DNA of 63,725 bases, the filler included, from Intoshia linei (Eukaryota > Animalia > Orthonectida), in NCBI GenBank assembly GCA_001642005.1. It is 6 parts of 6 records of this genome, joined end to end, with 100 filler letters (N's around TTAATTAATTAA, not from the genome) between each part and the next. Parts side by side here need not be neighbours in the genome. Positions count along the whole stretch, not along the records: positions 45,612 to 58,175 come from LWCA01001071.1; positions 58,276 to 63,725 come from LWCA01001777.1; 4 more parts are not named here. One strand, given 5' to 3'. A model generated the notes under the pieces. It was not told the origin of the DNA. It did no database searches and saw only the letters and a program-made list of their open reading frames with translations. How positions within the stretch are numbered: position 1 is the stretch's first letter; every line of letters starts with the position of its first letter. The position numbers and the translations under genes are program-made. Positions 56,036 through 63,725 of the stretch are shown here, in pieces.

Positions 56036-58275
56036 GTGTGTGTACCACTTTATTGAAATAACTACCAGTCTTATAATTTTTTTAAGACCACATTTCAATT
56101 ACAGTTTTTTCCGGGACGTATAATATAAATTTCAACCTCCCAATTTCACATCTTACGGGTCAAAAACACCAGTGGTCCCTTTTTTTGAAAATCAAACGAG
56201 TTGGAAAATTTAAACAAATATATACGCTGATACGGATTTTAAAATCATAAACATTAATTTAAATTTAAAAAAATTATATCTTCAGGGCCAAAACCACAAA
56301 TTATCTTGATTTTTTTAATGAAAACAGCCCTAGAATATACAATATATTTACAGTTGTATCCTGTTAACACAAACAGAAAATTTCAATTCGAATAAGTGAC
56401 GACTTTACGGTCAAAAAAGCATTTTAGTATTCATATATTTTTTTTCGAAATGTTTTATTAAAAAAAAAATGTGAAATAATTAACTGTCAGCAAATTAAAA
56501 AAGGATTATTCTGATAGAGCTTATTCCAGTTGATATAATTACATAATTTCAACCACAGAAATCTACCCATTCCTGATGAAAAATAATTTTTAATATATTA
56601 TCAACCAATATTTTTCAAATATTTCGAATTAAAAAAAAATTATATTTAAAATAAAAATTGAAAATGTAAATATGGATCCTACAATTTCAAAAAAATGTTC
56701 ATTGTGCGTCTAAACATTTCCAATAAAGGAATATGGGTGAAATCTATATAATTCATTCCTTTGAAATTTTTTTCATTCCTACGCAATGTTTAAATTTCAA
56801 ATTCTCATTGTCAAATTATTTTGAATAAAATTTAAATAGAAACTAAACAACTTTTAAAACAGCTATTTAGCCAGAATTTGATAAATTAAAACGTTCATAA
56901 AATTCAAAAAAATTGAGCTAGGAACAAATTTAAAAAATCAACTGTATAACTAAACATGGAGAACAATATTATAAAGTCGGTAGCTGGAAAATTAGATTTT
57001 TTATTTGTGGTTTGATGAAGTGGATTTATTTTATAAGATTTCGTAAAATCGAATTTTTGAAAAGAATAAGGTGTAAGTGAATTTTTCCATGAGGGCTTGA
57101 AATGGTATTTTTGATTAAATTTTTTTAGTGGTGGGATTTTTGAAATGGTAAATATTATAATATAATCATATTTTCATAGTAATAACAAACATAAATCAAA
57201 TACATGTATGTCCTTATTTTTTTCAGAAATCTCGGGAATTACTATAACATTGCTGAAATATATTTTGTATTCATAATTTTAGACTCATAATATTTAGCAA
57301 TCATTTTGAGTACTTTTTTTGTAAAATCTTTATTGTATAACGTTAAAGTTAGATGAAATTGTACACTTTTCTCATTCAAGAACTCTCCACAATTTATATC
57401 AATATCATAATCAAAGATTGATAAACCATTCTTTTTAGTGTCGCTTCGACTTTATATCGCTAAAATTAACCGATTCTTGTCTTATCAATAATGAATCAAC
57501 CAATGCAAATATAATTGTTTTATTGAAATTTTAAACAAAATTAATGATGATAATTAATATCCTAATTATAATAAAACTTTAAAAAACAAAAGTTGCACCA
57601 CTTCACAGATATGTTTACTAACACAAAAATAATAAAACTGCAAATAGAGTAACAAATTATATAATAGATAACCAAGAAAATGAAATTACTCAATGCATTG
57701 ATTAAATAGAGCATTACAATTATTACCAATTTAATTTCATGTAAATTAAAACAATGACCAAGGACCGTAGTGCGACTGTAAAAACTGTATGTAAAATTTA
57801 GACATGTAATAATTTTTTTAAAGCATCAAAGAAAACTAACATTTGTTGAAATAGATGAAGAAAGTGTTTTTATGCCAGATTTTTTTGATTTGGTAATGCG
57901 CTTTGAAATTTTTTTATATTAACCCATATACTCCCAGTGTGACCATATGGTCACACAACATTACATTTATAAAAACACGTATCAAATTGAAACAAAGTTA
58001 ATTAAATATGATAAATTAAATTAATTAGTATACTATATAATATTCGAGTATATTAGTTATTAGTTTGCACCGATTTGCATCCTCTGTGACTGACAGTGGG
58101 CCAAAACAATTTTCAAGGCAAAAAAAAAAATTCACTGAAAAATTTTTTATATTTTTTTTGTTAAAGTTGTGATAANNNNNNNNNNNNNNNNNNNNNNNNN
58201 NNNNNNNNNNNNNNNNNNNTTAATTAATTAANNNNNNNNNNNNNNNNNNNNNNNNNNNNNNNNNNNNNNNNNNNN

Positions 58276-59545
58276 ATGATTGGCGACAAAACTAGCACAC
58301 CGTTGAATATTAGGTTCAATGTCATTTTTTAAAATTGCATATTTTAACAAATAAATAGCCCTAGAGTTCCACCGTGCTCTTGATAAAGCCCCAGGCTTTT
58401 TAAAATCAATATTTGGGTTATGACCAGATAATAGTTTTATTTTATAAGCTTCACAGAGAGCTGCTAATTCACTATAATCATTCCTATTTGATTTGGGATA
58501 TATAATTTTATCTCCAACGCCGATATATCTTTTTAGCCATTCATTAAAATTTAATAAAGTAATATTCAAGGTTTGGTGAAATAGTTGTATCTATAAAAAA
58601 GTGGTTTAAGTAATGATGTAGGATTCTATCTAACACGTGTAATCGACAGGGGTGATATAAAACACTAGGTATAATATCCTTTAATTTCTTAACGACGCCT
58701 CCACGTTTACCAGTGTTAACATTGGTTGTGTCACATATTATTTTTATCTTATTTAATATATCAAAACTGTTAATTGTATCCACTAGTAACGCTGTTATAG
58801 TGTCTGCTCTTCCATTTTGTATGATCTTCATTCCTAGTAAATATTCACCTTCACTAGAATTAACTGCAATCAACATATAGGGCGTTCCATTACATGTTTT
58901 TCCATCAAATTGTTATGAAAACTCAGTAATATTTGCAAGTTTTAATTTTATTAATTCATTTGTTATATTAATATATTAATATAGTATATTAATATCAGAC
59001 AGACCCTTTTGAATGGCACTACGTTTTGCACATTTTATTTTAACCAAACCTAATACACTTTCAGCAATGCAAGAGGTTGAATTTACTGCATATCCATTAT
59101 TTTCTGCAATTTGAGCTATTTGTTTACCAAAAACAAATATTTTGGAATTAACCTTTTCATTTGGTTTAAAATTATCTTCTAAGGCACATCTTCCGTATTT
59201 TCTTCAGTTGACAAAATATGTTCAATTTCATATCTGTCATCAGTTTTAGTTTGCATTCTTTCTATTTGGGAGGGGTGTAATTTTACAACACTTGTTTTAC
59301 TTGAAATATAACCAATAGATCCACCAGATGTTTTTTGTAAATTATAAAATTCTTTATCCTCGTTACACAAAAATTTGAACATATTTAACGTGTCTATAAA
59401 AATGAAAACCATATGAACGTTAAATTGAAATGCGCATCAGGATTTTTTATATTTTTTTAATTTTTTTTAAAGTAATATGACTTTTATACAATTACTCATA
59501 GTATAATTGATGGCTTTTTACAAAAAAAAAAATTTCCATACCCTA
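58276..59545 (-). mobile_element. Third hATm-like transposon, 5' part, frameshifted
   Basis: TAGGGTATGG terminus; FDGK, CDTTNVNTGKRGG, CRLHVLD, RNDYSEL, PGALSRARWNSRAIY motifs. Confidence 0.8.
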
Positions 59546-59561
59546 ATATATATTATATATA

Positions 59562-60327
59562 TGTTACCGTCCGTTTGGAGTTTCAGTCATTTTGAAGAAT
59601 TTTCTTTAATTTTAAATTTTTTCAATATCTATCATTCAAAAATCTAATTTTACCAAACCTTAAGGAAAAATCCACTTTTCCCAACTCTTATTGGAAAAAT
59701 CCCATTTTACCAACCTTTAAGGAAAAATTCCCTTTTACCAAACCTTCTATTTTATGTTAAATTTGAAACAATTATAAGTAAAAAAATAACACGTTTATAA
59801 GTTAGTATCAAAATTGTCTTTTCTGTTTTCATTATTAATCAGCGAAGTTGTGTACATAATATCGTTTAAAATCAAATTAAATGAATTGTTTATGTTGAAT
59901 TAATAATAATGAAACAAGAATAATCGGTGTCTGATTGATGTCTAACTAACAGGATTTAGGTAAATAGGATTACAAAGTTTAATGTAATTAATATTAATCA
60001 GAATCAAAGTATTCATTTTCCGGTTTAATTATTAATAATCCACAAATATTTTATGTATTATATTTTATAACCACATAATACCGTTAACAATATTACATTA
60101 TGGATAAAAGTTTAACTTTAATTGATGCCTGTATAATATTTAATTGCTATGCGTAACAAATGACAAAATAAACATTTAATGGCTAAAAATTAATAAATCA
60201 ATTGACAATTAAATTACATTTTTCCCATAAGGGTTGGGAAAAGTGAATTTTTGAATGATGGATATTAAAAAAATTTAAAATTAAAGAAATTCTAAAGAAT
60301 GACTGAAACTCCAAACGGACGGTAACC
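59562..60327. mobile_element. Unclassified MITE with long TIRs and ~32-bp subterminal tandem repeats, inserted in a (TA)n tract
   Basis: (G/T)GTTACCGTCCGTTTGGAGTTTCAGTCATT... inverted at both ends; TTTTACCAAACCTTAAGGAAAAA units also at about 26030-26270, 20330-20390 and 57030-57150. Confidence 0.8.
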
Positions 60328-61298
60328 TATATACTATATATATCTATATTATATGCCTCATTGCCCAGAAGAATTGTATCAGTGATTAAAAATAAATGAA
60401 GAAATACTAAATATTAGTAATTTTATATATATTTATCTAATATTTTCATTTAATTAACATAATTAATTGTATTATTTTATAGGTGCCTAAGACTTATGTC
60501 GCTCGGAATTTTGCAATTTTAATTAAAAATACCTATATTTCATTAATTATTAATTTTTTTTAGTTTTTACTTTTTTAGGGTTGTTAAATATTTGTTCTTG
60601 ATTATACACTAGATATGATATAAAAATTATCTTAAATCATGAACCAGAAGTGTTTAAATTAATTACAATTGGGGTGTCTAAGACTTATGTTGGGCACTGT
60701 AAATAAAAGCAATCAAACCTTATATATATTGAACACTAAATATGCGAAACTTTTTTAATTTTCAAAATATACTGTAAATACAAAAACAAAAAGTTTTAAA
60801 ATCTCAAGAATGTTGTTATTTCACATATGTTAAAACATGGATAGAATGACCAACCGAAAAAGAATTCAGTCCACCGCGTAATGCATAAAATTATGTTTTT
60901 TAATATTCACTACAATTTTTACATTTACAACATTAGTTGAATTCAAAACCTATATATATTATATTGTAAGTTAAACACCAGCTACACAAAAAATGAACAA
61001 GAAACTGGTTACAAAATTAGCTAAACAATTAATTAGTTTATAAATTGAAAATTTGTGTTACATCAAAAATTAAAATAATTTATAAAATTTTAAATTAAAT
61101 CTTAAATAACATCAAACTACATCAGTAAACTTAAAAAGGGTAATATTTAATTGATATAAAATACATAAATATACATGATATTTTTTTATATCACTATTTT
61201 TAAATTTTTTAGAAAACGAAAAACTGCATTTTTAAAAAAGAAAAAAAAGACTAATAAAATTACATACTTTTAAACTTGAAAAAATTTTCAAAAATAAA

Positions 61299-62954
61299 AT
61301 GAATTGGTTGCCACAACAAAATGATATAAATGACCTTATAAATGATAGCCAAAATGATCATTCAATTGTTGCAGAAAAAAAAATTAATGATTTTAATGAT
61401 TTTAGTAATTATAATACATTGCTAAGTAATGGGTATGGTGGTCAATTTGATGAAACTTTAATAAAACAAGACAAGCTATCCTACAACCATGGTATACATA
61501 AAGATCCGAGGGATATAGGTGAAACTATACATAATCAAGTGTATCATATGAATAAAAATTTTAATCAACAGTATAAAGAAATAAAAATACAAAAAATTGA
61601 TAAATTTATGCAGAATAAAGCCACAGATTTGAGAATTATCCAACAAAATGAAAATTTTGAACCATCCTATTTTGAAGGAAAAATAAGAGTTGATTATTCG
61701 GGAAATTATAATAATATTAAAGATGCATTTCATAAACATATACAAAAAGATGAAAACAAATTAATAAATAATAACACCCAAAAAAACCAAAACCTTAGTG
61801 ATGTCCTGTATAATAATTGTACAAACAAAAATGAAAACAATGTCATCTCCAACGCTCATTATTGTGAAAAAACTAAAAAAATTGCAAATTGTTGTGAGGA
61901 CCCGTCACAAGAATGCAGAAAAAATATGTTGAAAGCTAGAAACATTAGAAAAGCAAACGACAAAATTCGGAAGAAACGAAATGTAACAATGGATAGTGGG
62001 TACAATAAAAAAATTGTGAAACTTGATAATTCACAATATTTGACAAACAATTCAAATAATTCAGAGTTAAAGGTTAATGAAAATGTCAATACAAATGGTA
62101 ATGGAACGAATAGAAAAAGTCAATTTTTAAACTCTAGTCCCACTGTTAGCCAACAGTTTATAAAAAGCGATTCTCAATCAAATGACGGAGGACAAGGTAT
62201 GATTATGAAGGAATATCAACAATATTCACAGCCCAATAGAGGTCAACAATTACCATCAAAAAAATACCCTGAAACTGTGAGATGGAAAAATAATAATATG
62301 GTTTCGTCCAATCACATGGTTTATGCAAATAACGTACGTGGCTCAATCAATCAGACACGATCGATGGATATTTCACAAAGATATTCCGTTCAGAACCAAC
62401 AAACCAATCGTTTTTTAACCGATGGCAACTATTTTCAAGAAATGTATCTACAACGTAATAAAGAGAATGAAATGTACAAATATAATTTAAATTCAAATCA
62501 AAATATGAATATTCAACAGAACAATAATTATACCAGAAATAATTTCTTAAATAATAACATTCAATATCGATATGGAATGAACCAATACATGCGTCAAAAT
62601 GATGGAAATCAAAATATGCAAAATTTTAATAAATATTACAATCAACCGTTCATAAGTGAACCTGATTTAAAAAATGAACCAGAAGAGGATCTCACCAAGA
62701 TTGACATATTTCCGTATTTAGCACAAAATAGTGTAATGAATATACCGGGAAATCAATGTTATGGAGTACCAATACAAAGACAGAATGGACAGTTTATGAG
62801 ATCAGGTGCAATGTCAAACAATCAACGTTATTACGTACAAAATCAAAATCAAAATTATCCAGAAATCATGCAATCATATGTAAATAACAATCATTTTGAT
62901 GTAATGAATAATTTTCCTAGTGTTAGACATGAAAGGTCTGTCAATCGAAACTAA
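61299..62954 (+). CDS. Orphan Asn/Gln-rich low-complexity protein, 551 aa, single exon
   Basis: 1.65-kb ATG-initiated ORF in very AT-rich DNA; basic cluster KIRKKR; LKNE SUMO-consensus; N/Q/Y/M-rich C-terminal half. Confidence 0.75.
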   Translation: MNWLPQQNDINDLINDSQNDHSIVAEKKINDFNDFSNYNTLLSNGYGGQFDETLIKQDKLSYNHGIHKDPRDIGETIHNQVYHMNKNFNQQYKEIKIQKIDKFMQNKATDLRIIQQNENFEPSYFEGKIRVDYSGNYNNIKDAFHKHIQKDENKLINNNTQKNQNLSDVLYNNCTNKNENNVISNAHYCEKTKKIANCCEDPSQECRKNMLKARNIRKANDKIRKKRNVTMDSGYNKKIVKLDNSQYLTNNSNNSELKVNENVNTNGNGTNRKSQFLNSSPTVSQQFIKSDSQSNDGGQGMIMKEYQQYSQPNRGQQLPSKKYPETVRWKNNNMVSSNHMVYANNVRGSINQTRSMDISQRYSVQNQQTNRFLTDGNYFQEMYLQRNKENEMYKYNLNSNQNMNIQQNNNYTRNNFLNNNIQYRYGMNQYMRQNDGNQNMQNFNKYYNQPFISEPDLKNEPEEDLTKIDIFPYLAQNSVMNIPGNQCYGVPIQRQNGQFMRSGAMSNNQRYYVQNQNQNYPEIMQSYVNNNHFDVMNNFPSVRHERSVNRN

Positions 62955-63725
62955 TTATCATGTTTTAAATAGTAAATTAAACAGTGTTTGATACCTCCAC
63001 AAATTTTGTCAAGTTTGATTATGGGATATAATCACTATCACGCACACTGAAATTTAATTATATATAATTTCCTTACTTGTATAAAATTAAATATTCTTTT
63101 TTTGTCTAACTTATTATTTTAAAAACGCAATTTCTCAGATTCGAGATTTTTCCATCCAATGTTTCATCATAGATATCAATGTCAGAACTAGTGTGATTAA
63201 CTTTTTTAAAAAGTACTTAGTTATATAATTAGTACTTAGTTTTAATTTTATTCATTTTGCCAATTAGATTGGTTTTTCAATCAATGCATAGTAAAATTGC
63301 ATTAAATAAATAATTCAATTATTTAATTAATTAACCTTTCCATACTTCTACAATGTATTATGTTTGATCCTGAAAAAAACCCATTTGCCTCAAAATATAT
63401 TTTAATGTGGAATAAAAGAAATAAAGATGTTTTTAATTTAATTATTAAATAACAGCGAAAATGTATCAAAAATAACTTATAATCTTGTAATTTGTAGAAA
63501 TAATAATATGTGAATGCACTGTTACGATTATGGAACAAGTATGATGTTGCTTAAAGCAACTTGCTTTAATCATTGATTTATGATGTACTGTCGATACTTA
63601 TTTGTTACTTAAATTTGATTAGATAAAAAAATTTTGAATGAATGAATCCAATATAAAATTTTAATAAAAATATATATATATATATCAGATTGAAGTGTTG
63701 GATTTCATATAAACATTAATATTTG

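Noticed and set aside
57919-57960. TTAA|CCC piggyBac-like terminus
   Set aside because: Only one end is visible before the linker; no transposase or partner TIR.
61476-62089. Hydrophobic minus-strand ORFs
   Set aside because: Antisense to the A-rich 551-aa ORF.

Overview
Very AT-rich animal genomic DNA, made of six pieces joined by artificial 100-bp linkers (44 N + TTAATTAATTAA + 44 N), so adjacency across linkers should not be assumed. Genes have very short GT-AG introns (mostly 31-47 nt, often 37 nt), as in miniaturised parasitic spiralians; an orthonectid such as Intoshia is my inference, not a tested result. Reconstructed genes: a divergent long-form tRNase Z (ELAC2), a divergent Scribble-like PDZ tandem, 3' parts of ETFB and GOT2, an RGS12/Loco PDZ-PTB-RGS gene, complete SERCA and syntaxin-1 genes, an N/Q-rich orphan and several small spliced ORFs. 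Most other sequence is decayed DNA transposons: Helitron-like repeats, hAT MITEs, hATm-like, Tc1 (including a DD37E/TRT element), mariner, pogo, piggyBac and MULE. The standout is alternative splicing that the ORF track does not show. Syntaxin-1 has two tandem 109-nt paralogous Hc-helix exons that can only be used mutually exclusively, with a candidate intronic RNA duplex, plus two alternative transmembrane last exons, one adding a glycosylatable extracellular tail. The neighbouring SERCA has a SERCA2a/2b-style choice of C-terminus. All family assignments rest on motifs I recognised by eye; no searches were run.
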